DNA of 64,000 nt from Octopus sinensis (lineage: Eukaryota), in assembly GCF_006345805.1 (NCBI RefSeq), contig NC_043004.1, positions 3,162,001 to 3,226,000 of the forward strand. The letters run 5' to 3'. Of the stretch, positions 12,151 through 25,189 are shown one piece after another. Below the pieces are notes generated by a model, which saw nothing but the letters and a program-made list of their open reading frames with translations, did not search any database and was not told where the DNA came from. The translations under genes and the position numbers were made by a program. Numbering within the stretch: position 1 is the stretch's first letter; every line of letters starts with the position of its first letter.

Positions 12151-13273
12151 TATATTTATTGGAAAATGAGTTCGATAGCAAACGCTGCCATGTTTATCAA
12201 TCTCATAAAAATCTTTGGTTGTATCCGAATTTTCAAACGCCATATTCCTTTTTTGAAAAACTTGTCTATTTTATTTCGACGTTCATTTTGAAGTTGTTAG
12301 TAATATTCCTAACTTTCATGATTTTTGTTTTTTTTTTAACCGCTGGAATCATATAATTTCCGAACGGTTGTTAGGGATGTAAGATTATCAAAATTTGGTT
12401 TTAGAGAAGGCATGTTTTTGTCTATTTATCTTAGTAAATGGATCAGCACTTGTTAAGTGATATCAGCTTACATTTTAGCCTCCATTAAGTATTATCATAG
12501 AATGTATTCATTTGTTTATGTTTTTTTATCTGTGAACCTCTATGTCTGTGAAGGCCAACTAAAATGGATATATATGTCACTGTGTTAGATATATGGTCAT
12601 ATCACACGTTCTCTCTCCTCTCTCTCTCCCTCTATCTATCTCTCTTATCACTGTTCTCCATTTTTAGCTTAAAGAGCAATACACACCAGCAATTGTTTTT
12701 ATCGATAAATTCCTTATAAATTCCGCATTTCTTTTTATTATTCAATACGACTTTGTTTTACTGCTCAGACTGCAATGGAGGGCGGACAGAGTGCATGACT
12801 TTATATTTTCTAGGCTTCTTTATCTAGAGGGGGAATTATTCTCAAAACGGAGATTTGTTCCGATTGCTTGCAATAGAGCGAACTATGCGAAAGGAACCCA
12901 GGAGGAGAGAGTGCTGTTAAACCGGAAGAAATACCACAAGGCAGCACTTTTTCCCAACCCTCAAACAATGACGAGCTGCAGCCTTCCACTTGAGCTGTAT
13001 TTAGCAACCCTGGAAACATAAAGAACTAAGATGAGCTCGGTGTGATATGAACTTAGAATACAGAGAGCCAAAATGAAAATCAAATCTCATATGTCCCTAC
13101 TCATTAACGACTCCGGAATACTTTGGTTCAGACTTGAACGAACTTAACACTTTCTCATTATGTATGTTTATCCTGATTAAATACAATTAACAATATTAAA
13201 ACTCTAACTTCTATTTTAAAATCTGTTAAATCCTTCTTATATATTTTCCTTGTTATTCAATGAAGTACAAGGA

Positions 13274-13491
13274 AGCAGAAACGTTTGCACGCTGGGCGAA
13301 ATGCGTAGCCGTATTTCGTCTGCCGTTACGTTCTGAGTTCAAATTCCACCGTGGTCGACTTTGCCTTTCATCCTTTCGGGGTCGATTAAATAAGTACCAG
13401 TTACGCACTGGGATCGATATAATCGACTTAATCCGTTTGTCTGTCCTTGTTTGTCCCCTCTGTTTAGCCCCCTGTGGGAAATAAAGAAATA
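13274..13491 (+). mobile_element. SINE family A
   Basis: Homologous to 9400-9631, 30480-30704 and 46389-46619. Confidence 0.9.
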
Positions 13492-13498
13492 GAAATGG

Positions 13499-13666
13499 GA
13501 ATTTCGTCTGCAGATACGTTCTGAGTTCAAATTCCGAGGTCGACTTTGCCTTTCATCCTTGCGGGATCGATTAAATAAGTACCAGTTACGCACTGGGGTT
13601 GATAATCGGCTACCCCGCCTCACACAACATTTTCATGGCCTTGTGCCTAGAGTAGAAATAGTTATT
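13499..13666 (+). mobile_element. 5'-truncated SINE with the family A central domain and an alternative tail
   Basis: Same central domain, then CCCCGCCTCACACAACATTTTCATGGCCTTGTGCCTAGAGTAGAAA instead of the family A tail; abuts the previous copy. Confidence 0.75.
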
Positions 13667-14864
13667 CTATGAAGTACACCATTCCATTTTATCCTGCTAA
13701 GTAGCCTCTTCCACATTCAAGATGATATAATGTGATTTTCGAGATATGGTTACTACTTCTTTTACATTGCGATATTCGTTCTGGCTCTTTCTGCTCTGAT
13801 TACAAATCTAACCAAGGTGAGCTTTGTCCTTTATAAATAAAGAATCAGTCAGCGCTGGGGTTGATTCGTCTCTTTCAATGTCACTCTGGAAGAAATTCTC
13901 CCCACTGAAATCACAAGTTGGGTTCCGCCATGTTTAAATACACGAGCCATGCAACATCTCAAGGCGACATGGCCGAGTGACAACCTGGAATCGGAAGTTC
14001 ATAAAACGGGGAAGTTGGTATAACGATAAATGCACGAGAAAGTAAACAATGAATACTTTGTAACACAAAACTTGAATGAATTATTTATATGTAATAGAAA
14101 TTCATTCTAAAATATTCAAATTCATTCTAAAAAAACTAACGAGCTAAGCATGGAGGTATCGATCAGTTTAAGTCTCACCTTGTTGGGTCCTATCAAATCA
14201 GACCTAAACGCAACTTCTTACTGAAAATACTTATTTTATCAGTTAAATATTTGCAATAAAGATGGCGAAGATATAGCACTCGATGAGAAAGGAAAATAAC
14301 CGAGCCCGCCAAATATTGAAATTACTTTTAAATAAGAATATTTCTCAAAAACGTGCTTCTGACGAGTAAAGACTAGTCTCGCATTCATTTGAAAGGGAAT
14401 CAGAAGCAGGCATTTCGTCTTACATTCTCTGCTATTTCTTTCTTTCAGTCATATCAATCGATATCCAAAAATCAATTATAAAGAAGTATACATTTGGCAA
14501 TTGGTATTTGAAGAAACAAAACTGTGATTCTCTGGACTTGTGTATCACCGAAGGATGTTGTAAGCACAAAATAATTCACAAGACTAATTATACGTAATTA
14601 CTACAATTGACTGCATAAATACATCAAAACAAATGTTTGACTATCATAGCTTGGTGGTGTGTTAATTAAATCATGTACATACACCAGCACACATACATAC
14701 CAACATAGCCGTAAATAACATATTGCTGACGCATGGATGCCCCTACACGTCTGCTTGTTGCCTTCGTATAACCACACACACACACATCAACATTCTCTTA
14801 CCTATCTGTTTTCTTGACCCACGCAAAGGGATGTTGCATGTATGTGTGTGTGTGTGTATGTTAT

Positions 14865-15082
14865 CTTTTACTTGTTTCAGTCATTTTGACTGCAGCCATG
14901 CTGGAGCAACGCCTTTAGTCGAGCAAATTGACCCCCAGGACTTATTCTTTGTAAACCTAGTACTTATTCTATCGGTCTCATTTGCTGAACCGCTAAGTCA
15001 CGGGGACGTAAACACACCAGCATCGGTTGTCAAGCGATGTTAGAGGGGAAAGCACAAACACACAACCACACACACATACACA

Positions 15083-15169
<87 letters not shown>

Positions 15170-15330
15170 CATATATATATACGACGGTATTCTTTCAGTT
15201 TCCGACTACCAAATCCAATCACAAGGCTTTGCTCGGCCCGAGGCTATAGTAGAAGACACTTTCCCAAGGTGCCACGCAGTCGGACTGAACCCGGAAACAA
15301 GTAGTTGCTAAGCAAGCTACTTACCACACA
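14865..15330 (-). mobile_element. tRNA-derived CORE-like SINE family D with an expanded internal (TA)n
   Basis: Minus strand has GTGGCACCTTGGGAAAGTGTCTTCTACTATAGCCTCGGGCCG and 3' GGGGTCAATTTGCTCGACTAAAGGCG; homologous to 22076-22403 and 37545-37704. Confidence 0.85.
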
Positions 15331-16329
15331 CCCATATATATACATGGTTCTTAAACTTCTAAGTCTACAGTCATTTTGAAATGACACTTTTCTAGAACTT
15401 CTTTCGGGAAATGTGGCTTGTGCTTTTATGAGGTTGAACCACAACGCGACTTCTCTAACAGCCCGTTGTTGTATAGCCCTGATCGAGCGAAAGTATTATC
15501 AAAACGTGTATATCCTTGTCTGCGCATGCGTCTTGCATTTGCGTCTGTATCTGTGTGCGTGAGTGTGCGCGTGTCTGTTAAGTACGGATGTTTTGTTTGC
15601 GTCTTGTTGAGTTTGCTAACAACAGTGTTTGTACATGTGTCTTTTATTTATTCATTCCTTTGTTCGTATGTTTTAATATTTCCGTTTCTGTCTCATTTGG
15701 TCTTAACAAATAGAAACGTGCGCGCACACAGGCAGACACATACAACACACAGACCCCCCCCACACACACACACACACATACACATGGAAACGCATGCGTA
15801 GACAAGAACACATAACCACACACAGACAAAATGGATTACATTATCAAAAGCTTTGCCATTTTCTAACATTATATTTCTCAGACTATATTCGCTAACGTGT
15901 CATTTAGATTTTAAGTCCGGCGGTTTCGGTTTATGGGAGACTTGGCTATGACTTCTAGTAGAGACGGCAACCATGTAGAACTTAGTCTCATATTTACGTA
16001 ATAAGTAGTGGGGAAAATATACTTGTGTGTGAGAGTGTATGTATTTGTACATACGCCCGCACACATATTTTCTCTCTCTCTCTCTCACTCACACACACAC
16101 ATATATATGTTTTTATATATATTTTTTCTTTCTATATATCTATGTCTGTAAATATTTCGTTTTGGGATTTGGTTTGCAAGATTCTTTATATGAGTTCGTG
16201 TGTTGAAGCATATTCTGTTATGTCTGGGGAGAGTCATTTTCTTTTTGTGCCTTATAATTTTACACACTCACCGGTAAAATATCCACTTACTCCTTATTTG
16301 ACAAAGGCCTACAAAAACTAAAACAGCGG

Positions 16330-16614
16330 ATTAGGAATAGAGAATTAGTGTGCCTTCCTAGGGACAAATCTAGCAGACTGTCAATAGACAGCCCACAGAG
16401 CTATGTCCAGACCATGCAACAACACATCAGTAGCATGAGAGAAGTTACACCACAGGGACATGAAAAAATTGGGAAACTCCTCAATGCACACATGGGAATG
16501 TTGAGCAACATACTCAAACCTATAAAAAGGACGGTACACAATTTTCAAGAAAAGAAGAGAGTCAAGACTCTTGAGAAGGTTACAAGACGCAACGAAAATT
16601 TTCGGAAAATATAA
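16330..16614 (+). pseudogene. Possible N-terminal RT fragment of a Penelope-like element
   Basis: ELVCLPRDKSSRLSIDSPQSYVQTMQQH...KLLNAH resembles the DKG/DKS N-terminal motif region of PLE RTs; weak. Confidence 0.3.
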
Positions 16615-16890
16615 ATAAGAAATAAGTGGAAATATTTACCGGTGAATGTGTCAAATTACAAGGCACAAAAAGAAAATGACTCTCCCCAGACAGAATACGT
16701 CTGTAAACATATACTGAAGTACGGAGTCCTCTGCACAAATGCTAAGATCTATGTCATCCTCCACTTGAAAGGTTTCTTGTAAAGCAGCACTTTTAAATGG
16801 GTGTCGGATGGAATGGAATGAACACGCTCCTGAATTACAGTGAATTATAAATTTCATTTCATTTCATTTCATTTGGGTTTGAGTCCATGC

Positions 16891-19890
16891 TCAGGCCAAG
16901 TCGAAGACTCCACCCTCAGAGTCTGGTGTGGTTGCCAGGTTGTATTCTCTGCTTAAATTTGACATGTGTAGGAGCGAGTTTGAGTCAGTTTGTGCTCGTT
17001 GTGTATATCCTGGGAGATGGGGTTCATCTCTAATGGTGCTTAAGTATCTATCCAGTTGCAATTTGAATGATTCCACACTGCATCCTGATAGATTTCTGAC
17101 ATGTACCGGAATGGAGTTGAACAGTTGTGCTCTCGAACCAACAGACTTGATTCTCGCAGGGTTTTTGCTGCCTGGCCAGCCTTTTTGTTGATTGGTGGCA
17201 GCTGGCAGCGTCTTCCGTGGCGCAGTGAGTGGTAGGTTTTGATACCAAAGTTTGGCACCTTCTGCTCTATCATTTTCCAATGTATATAATTCGGTATCGC
17301 TCAAATCTTCTTTCTATTGAGTACATCCTCAAGGTTTTGAGTCTTTGCCAATAGTCCAGGTCCCTCGTTTCTGAGAAGTATGAGGTAAAATTTCTTTGGA
17401 GCGATTCTATCTTAGATAGTTGGGCTTGTCCTTTGTTGTTGTGACCACAACTGAGAACAGTAGTCAACCTCGGAAGTATCATACTGTTCCAGAGGGTTTT
17501 CATTGTTGAGGTATCTCTGATTTGAAGGTGCGCAAGATCCACCCGCTGTACTTTCTTGCAGTAAGACAGACTGAGTCAAGGTGTTCTCTGAATTTTAGGT
17601 TGGTTCCCATGTGGATGCCTAAATCTTTCACATACTGTTTTTCCATTATTTGTTGTCCTGATGGGTTTCTGTAGTTTGTTGTATTTTTCAGATCTTGATC
17701 TGTTCCGTAGCGAATTAGTTCAAACTTCTTATCATTGAACAACATGTTGTTTGTTTCCTGCCATTTATATATGGTGGTCGGTCCTTTTGTAAGGCCTCTG
17801 TATCCACCTCGTCTTTGATTTGTCTCATGACCCTGGTGTCATCAGCAAAGGATGAGACGTTGCTGGTTGTATCTTCATCTATGTCAGAGATGAGGATGAG
17901 AAAACAGGATTGGGCCGAGTACTGTACCCTGAGGAACACTGCTGGTCACAGGTGATGGTGTTGAATGGGTTCCATTCACAGTGACTGTTTGAGTTCTATT
18001 TGTAAGGAACTCGTTTATCCATGTACCAACTTTCCTCCTACTCCTAGCTTTCGAAGTTTGTGACCCAGGATGCCATGATCCACCTTGTCAAATGCCTTGG
18101 CAAAGTCGAGGTAGATAACATCTGTGTTGTATCCATTCTCTAGATTTTCTAGGATTTGGTCATGGTGTGCCAGTAGTTGGGAAAGGCATGATCTACCTAA
18201 CCTGAATCCATGCTGGTTGCAATTCATCAGATTGTTGGATTCCAGGAACTCAACCAGTTTTCCACGAACTATTCTTTCGAAGACCTTGATAATGTGTGAT
18301 GTCAGTGAGATTGGTCGGTAGTTCTTTGGTTTTGATTTGCTATCCCCTTTATGTATTGGAGTTATGTGTGCTTCTTATATGTATTTGGTATTTTGCCATT
18401 CTCCATAGATTCCCTCCATATCATGTAAAGGGGTTTCGACAATTGTGCCTTGCAGTTTTTAAGTATCATGGCATTGAAACCGTCAGGCCCCGCAGCCGAG
18501 TGCATGGAGAGCTTGTCTATTGCTCTTGCTATGTCTTCTGGGTTGAAATCAATGTCGGATAGGGTAGGTTTAGTATGGTCGATATCCTTGAAGAATTTTC
18601 CTGGGTCATGGATCTTCATGGTTTTAGATGGCTCACTGAAGACACTTTCATACTGTTGACCCAACATTTCTGCCATTTCAATAGGGTTATTCAATCCATC
18701 CCCATTTTGTCTCTGGAGAGGTCCTATTGTTGACTTGGTGTTCGAGTATTTCTTTGCAAAACTGTAGAAACATTTTGGATTTTTCTTGATGTTTTCTATG
18801 GCTTTCTTTTCTGCATTGCTACGTTCTTCATCATAGTGTTGTTTTAGATTGCCTTCTAATCTGTATATTTGGTCAAGGACTTTCTGTAATTCATGTTTTG
18901 ATGTCAGCTTAGATGTTTTGTTTCTTAGTCTTGACCTTTTGCGCATCAGGATTTTCGCTCCCGTGGTACAGGTTTTTTTTGTGGACTTGGTTTTCTTTAG
19001 AGGAACATTTTTTTCACATATTTCTTCGATCTTGTTTAAGAATTTCTTGTGTTTATCTGGCCCAGTAAGGTAGAGATCCCAGTCAATGATTTGTAACTGG
19101 TTGTTAATAGTTTCCCAATTTGCCTGGTGATAATCATACCTGCATAGCTTTGGCATGTCCTTTTGTTTAAGAGTTGTGGCATTGGGCTCATTACCAATGT
19201 GTAAATGCATTTCAATAATATTGTGGTCTGAAAGGATTGTTGGGGTTGAGTGAAGGTCAAATAGCGTGTCCCCGTTGTTGGTGAAAACCAAGTCGATCGT
19301 ATTATTATTTCTTGTTGCTTCTTCTGTCATCATTTGTTTGAGGTATAATTTCTCTGTGACTTCCAACAGTTTGGCTGCCTGTATTTGTTCAGCTTTTGTC
19401 CCCAGTTTTAGTATGTGTCCATGTGGCCAGATGATGTTAGGGAAGTTGAAGTCACCAAGGAGGATAATGTCTGGCATTGGACTTGCCATGTTTCCCAGAA
19501 TTTGTTGGAGCTTTCGTCAGTGGCTCAGTGAAGGATAATGTTGGGCTGTTTGGCGGTCTGTACATTATTGTTACAACTGTATTAAGTTGGATGATTTTTA
19601 TGCACAGCAGGTTGCAGTAGGCATTTGATTCATTGACAAGTTCTATGCATGCATAGGTATCATGGATATACATGAAACGCCCCCATGGGATCTGCCTTGT
19701 CTATCACATCTGAAGATGTTGAATCTATTGATTGTGATTTCGCTGTTGCGGATGTTTTCGTTGAGATGACTTTCAGTAATTCCAATTATTTTGGAGTTGT
19801 TTTCTGTTGCTAATTCTTCCAAGAAGGGACTTTACACTGTTTTGTTTTCGGATAAGACCCTGGATATTTGCTGTTATTATGCTTGTTATA
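16891..19890 (-). pseudogene. LINE ORF2 (APE + RT), frameshifted
   Basis: ITANIQGL, IIGITESHL, MYRPPN, LLGDFNFP, DLVFTN, LSDHN (APE); AGPDG, YRPISLTS, QHGFR, YLDFAKAFDKVDH, SVPQGTVLGP, SFADDTR, YSIERRFERY (RT and C-terminus). Confidence 0.92.
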
Positions 19891-19989
19891 CCGGATACAT
19901 CTGCCCTATTGTTGGCAAGACTGTTGTAGTTGCTGGGACTGTGCTGACTGGATATTCGGTCTGCTGGGCTGTCTGTATTTGTTGTACGT

Positions 19990-21068
19990 GCCCTGTAAGT
20001 CCAGGTGTCAGCCTTTGTATCAATGTTGCCTGGTTTTGCTGAGTCGTCTGTATGGAGTACAGCTGTTGTTGTAGTTGGTAGATTATGCCTAAAAAACTGC
20101 TTTCATTCATTACTATATCGAATTTCTGCGAGTTGGGTTTGTTACGCTGATGTATGCAATTGAGTAGCATGATTTTCATTCACTGTTGAGCCATGACCTG
20201 GGTTCCGCATTTTTGGGAAATGGTTTTCATACCCTGCTGAGCCATGACCTGGTTTCCGCATTTTTGGGAATGGTTTTCATACCCTGCTGAGCTTGGTCCT
20301 GGTGGTGTGGGTTCAGTAGTTTTTATGCGAATTGTACCCTTCCGGTGCATAAATTTGCAATTCTCACCAAAACATTCTTTTTTTTCTCAGCGAATTGCGG
20401 CACATCTTTGGGTGAAGGAGTTCACATTCTCGGCCATTTTGGCATCCTTTTTTTCGATCAGTACCGAAGTTGATATATGGTCTGCATGGTTTGGGGTGAC
20501 TGTACATGCACCCTGTACCTGAAGACCATGTTTGCACTTGTTGCGCCTGTAATGGATACATACTGGCCTTCCTTCATTTGAGCGTTTGCTCTGGATCTGT
20601 TTCTTTTCGTGGGAAGTTTGGTCTTTTTCTGCAGGATCTCCTGTTTCTTGTTTTGTAGGTGTTTGCATGTCATTGTCTTCATTCTTGTCATCTACAAGAG
20701 GCACTTGGATGGCCTGTGTGTGGCAGGATTTATTTGCCATGTGAGTTCGCCAATCAATGTCTGTTTAGAACGCCTGTCTGTGGTAGGGTCCTAGTTCATT
20801 CGTTATTGTGGCCCTTGGTGAACAATAACTGCATAGCCATGTAGGCCTAGAATATCTGGAATGATGTGGTTATTTTCTTTTTTTTAAGTAGCACGCTTCG
20901 TGTATTCCTTGTCCACAGATAAGCATGCCAAAGCTGGTTTTTGGCCAAATGTAGTGCAGTACTGTTTGTCACACACATTTTGCAAGTCTCCGGGAGGAAG
21001 TTTTCAATCCTTGCTATTCCAGTTGGTGAGGTTTGGTTTGTGAGCTCAACTTGGACACCATCATTCAA
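19990..21068 (-). pseudogene. LINE ORF1 with a PHD-like N-terminus and three CCCH fingers
   Basis: After correcting frameshifts: CKMC...ICGQGIHEAC; C-x7-C-x8-C-x3-H, C-x13-C-x5-C-x3-H and C-x8-C-x4-C-x3-H at ~20345-20560. Confidence 0.7.
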
Positions 21069-21284
21069 GAAAGCTGCTGCTTAATTACTTAAAATCTCCC
21101 TCCAAATAGTTAAGATTTCTTGGTCTGCTCGCCAAACCATAAATATTGTAGCGATTACATATGATATGAAACAGCTGTTATTTGGCGACTCCGAAAATAC
21201 GATTGTAGTCATGTCAAAATCTTAAAATGCTGAAGGTATCAAAATTTCAGTCGAATTGTTTCTAACACTCAAAACCGCACGCAC

Positions 21285-21820
21285 ATATGTGTGTGTGTTT
21301 GTGTGTGCGTGTGAGTGTGCGCGCGCGCTTGTGTGCATGTATGTGAGTGTGTGTGAGTACTTGTGTGTGTGTGTGTCTGTGAGTGTGTTAGTGTGTTAGT
21401 GTGTGTGTGTGCTTGTGTGGGTGTGTGTGAATGTGTGCCTGTGTGTATGTATGTGTGCTTGTGTGCGTGTCTGTGAGTGTGTGTGTGTTGGTGTGTGTGT
21501 GCTTGTGTGCGTGTGTATGAGTGTGTGTGTCTGTGTGTGTATGTATGTGTGTTGGTGTGAGTGTGTGCTTGTCTGTGAGTGAGTGTGTGTGTGTGTTGGT
21601 ATGTGTGTGTGTGCTTGTGTGCGTGTATGTATGTGTTGATGTGTGTGTGTATGTGCTTGTGTGCGTGTCTGTGAGTGTGTGTGTATTGCTGTATATGTGT
21701 GCTTGTGTGCGTGTCTGTGAGTGTGTGTATGTGTTGGTGTGTGTGTGTGTTGGTGTGTGTGTGTGTGCGTGTGTGCTTGGGTGCGTGTCTGTGTGTGTGT
21801 GTTGGTGTATGTGCGTGTAT
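21285..21820. repeat. Degenerate (GT)-rich minisatellite with higher-order units
   Basis: Recurrent GTGCTTGTGTGCGTGTCTGTGAGTGTGTGT blocks. Confidence 0.85.
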
Positions 21821-22075
21821 AGTTGATAGAACTCTATTTTTTTAATCTTGAGATCTGAGTTCTGCGTTAGCGTGATGTTCACCCGAGAGTTCCCCAGAAG
21901 TTCGCAGGGGTGTGAAACTAGATTTCCGAAATAGTTATATTATGTCAATGAAGTAGAAACTCTATAACATTAATTGGGCACTCTTCTCTCATTCGATCGA
22001 TCAGCATTTCTGTCTCTCTGTCTCTCTCTTTCTCTCTGTACATATATATGTATTATTCATTCTTTTTTCTATTAT

Positions 22076-22238
22076 ATGACTGCGGCCTTACTGGAACACC
22101 GCCTTTTAGTCGAGCAAATTACCCCAGGACTTATTCTTGTAAGCCTAGTACTTATTGTATTGCCGACCTGCTAATGTTTCGAGGACGTAAACACACCAAC
22201 AACGGTTGTCAAACATTGTGGGAGACACACATACACAA

Positions 22239-22270
<32 letters not shown>

Positions 22271-22403
22271 CATTCAGAACGTTTTGGTCGGCCTGAGGCT
22301 ATAGTAGAAGACACTTACCCAAAGTGGTATACAGTCGGACTGAACCTGGGACCATGTGTGCTGGAAAGCAAGCTACTTACCACACAGCCACGCCTGCGCC
22401 TAT
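22076..22403 (-). mobile_element. SINE family D
   Basis: Head ATAGGCGCAGGCGTGGCTGTGTGGTAAGTAGCTTGC; body homologous to 14865-15330. Confidence 0.85.
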
Positions 22404-22814
22404 ATATAAATATATTTATGTGTGTGTGTGTGTGTACATATATATCGAAGTTGTAACTGCTTATTAAATATTACAATAGCTGAATTTAATTTATTATTCT
22501 AAGAGTTATGAACTATATCTATATATCAAAGAATTTTCCACAGAAACATTGGACACGGCCTTAAGAACCTCTCTTATACAAGGGGCGTATCACCTTTCTT
22601 AACATATAATAATGATCTGATGACTGCTATAAGCAAAGCGTTTGTTACAAACATGAAACTTTAATTCATTGAACGACAAAACTAAAAATACATCACCCAC
22701 ACATATATGTATAAACACACATACATATTTACACATAAAAACATATACATACACATATATATGTATATATATATATGTGTGTGTATATATATATATGTGT
22801 GTGTATATGTGTGA

Positions 22815-22869
<55 letters not shown>

Positions 22870-22871
<2 letters not shown>

Positions 22872-23190
22872 CCTCCAGCGTTCGCTATTTTACCCGCATT
22901 CCGGTTTAACGACCGTCCAGGTTTGCTTTCGTTCGCTTTCTTTGCATGCCTCCACTGTCTTGTTTTTGTCCCCAACTTTGACCCTCCATAAATCGCAAAT
23001 TTTATTTTGGTACTTGCGGGAGCAAATGTCTTCGGAGACTCATATTGTCGTTCAATGTTCGAAATTAAGAGTAGATAGACAGCCGACAACTGATGAAGGG
23101 ACGTTCTTTGCGTTACTTGTCCTGTTTTCCATTTGTTTCTCTCATTTTTGCGTATTGAACTCATTGTTTTTGTATTTCATTTTGTTTACT
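22870..23190 (+). mobile_element. Penelope-like terminal repeat with a CTGATGAAGGG half-motif
   Basis: TCGAAATTAAGAGTAGATAGACAGCCGACAACTGATGAAGGGAC; related to 10340-10495; flanked by (TA)n. Confidence 0.45.
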
Positions 23191-23221
23191 GTTGGTGACG
23201 TCCCGTACCCCTATAAGCATG

Positions 23222-23252
<31 letters not shown>

Positions 23253-23297
23253 ACTATATATATATATTACTTATATTATATATATATATTACTTATG

Positions 23298-23338
<41 letters not shown>

Positions 23339-25189
23339 ATATATATATTACTTATATATATATACGTACACACACGCATACATTTATTTTATGTATACAT
23401 TTGTGTATTCGCGTGTGCATAAGAGAGAGAGAGAGGAGTCGTGTGGGGGTGGAATAGTTTCTATATTTTATGTATTTTTACTGACATGGTTGTTACATGA
23501 CATCTAAAACCTGGTAACCGAAGCACTGTATGTGTCACAGTAACGCTTAAATATGTCTCATATTCATTTTGTCCACCTTAAACCTTGTCCACTTTTATAT
23601 ATTTTCAGATCACCCTAAAGTTCAGAGAAACAATATTGCCAGTTTTCATGAGGTTCCTGCAACATCAGTGGCGTTGTCACCAGCTCGTTCCACAGACATA
23701 AGAGACATTCTTCTCCACCCACTATTTATAGTATAATAACTGCGATATATCAAGAAAGACGTCATCGAACACTAAATGGAATATATTATCGAATAATGGC
23801 ATTTAATTTCATTACTTTAATGAAAAAAAAATATCCCAGCAAAATGCGCAAAGTAATAATAATAAAAAAAACAAAAAACAAAAAGAAGCAACAATAGAAA
23901 ATGTAAAATGGGTCTTGCATGTAACTTTGACAACTTCAAATGTTATGTAAATCAACCTGGATAAAACTCACAGCATCAATTAAGCGGTGCCGTGGAAATC
24001 TATTTTATGGTTTCACACAGGAATATGATACCAATTAGATATGTAAAATATAGTGCCAGCTATATGTGTGATAGATAGACTTAAAGAGTTTGTTCGTTCA
24101 ATTTGCATAGGCAATTCTCCTAAACTAAACGAATATGGATGGTCGCACATTTGTAAGTATATAGCCGTGCAACACTTTTTGATGACATGATCTTGAAAGA
24201 AACCTACAATAATTAAATATGGTAGATCTATAATAAATAAATGAAAAGGAAAAAGAAAGGAAAAGACAAAACCACTTTTGTATTGCATGTTTGTTTTCGC
24301 TCTAATGTATCAAGTTATTAAATGCGTGTCTGTTACTCGTCTTACTAACAGGTTCAATAATATAAGTGAATCGCGTAAAATGACTCAAGTTCCACCAGAT
24401 ATAAATGGGAACTCTAATTGGATGATGTCACAGCGAGATGCTATTAGTGCTAGATCAGTGTGAACAGTCGACATTAATAAATCATTGATTCGTTGTCTCA
24501 CTTTTTCCCTTTCGAAACACAATATCGATTAGAACAATATTTTTTAATACAACAGAAATAGGGTTTAAATTAATCCAATCTACTGCACTGGTAGAAGTTT
24601 ATCAAGCCAACAATGTTGCCTAATATGTAGATTCTTGATCTGTGAGAACCAACAGCTAAATATCACAATTGTCTTAGAATATGGAAGGATGCTTTGGATA
24701 ATGAAGGCCTGGTTGCACAGAATGAGAAATAGCAATACAAAAAACATGATTGTCTTGGCGGGGAGGTCTTTTGATCATTTTCCTACAAATGACTTGGTAG
24801 ATGTTTAGAGATCGATAAAGTGTCAGACTATTGATGGACACTTTTGCTCTTCGAATCCTGCTCCCAATAATGCAAACGCTTAACAGCGAAAACAAAAAAG
24901 GACACTTAATATAAATTGAGTGAAGAATATAGTTGATTATAAGTATTTAAATATAGGTCTTTCCGTCCGTAGAAATTGTAAGAGCATTCAATAATTCACG
25001 GGTTTTGTTTGGCTAGCAATAATGAGCTCAAGTCATATGGACCTGACTAACTGTTACAGGAAACTATCCAGATCTTCAACCACACAGCGGTGTTTCCAGT
25101 AACATAAGCGCATACACAAACACACCTTTTCCGTTACATACACACGCAAGTAAACATCCCTATACACAACCACACGTTCAATAAATATA

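Larger units (their letters stand above)
16851..21100 (-). mobile_element. Near-full-length, disrupted CR1/L2-group (Jockey superclade) LINE
   Basis: Two-ORF layout, APE plus RT motifs, (AAATG)n tail at 16851-16873; 5' boundary approximate and no TSD seen. Confidence 0.92.

Noticed and set aside
12791-13021. Non-repetitive 76-aa ORF with a TTTTCTAG acceptor-like site
   Set aside because: No recognisable protein motif and no supporting neighbouring exons
14355-14400. CTGACGAG...CTC hammerhead-like start
   Set aside because: No GAAA after the stem and no stems I/III
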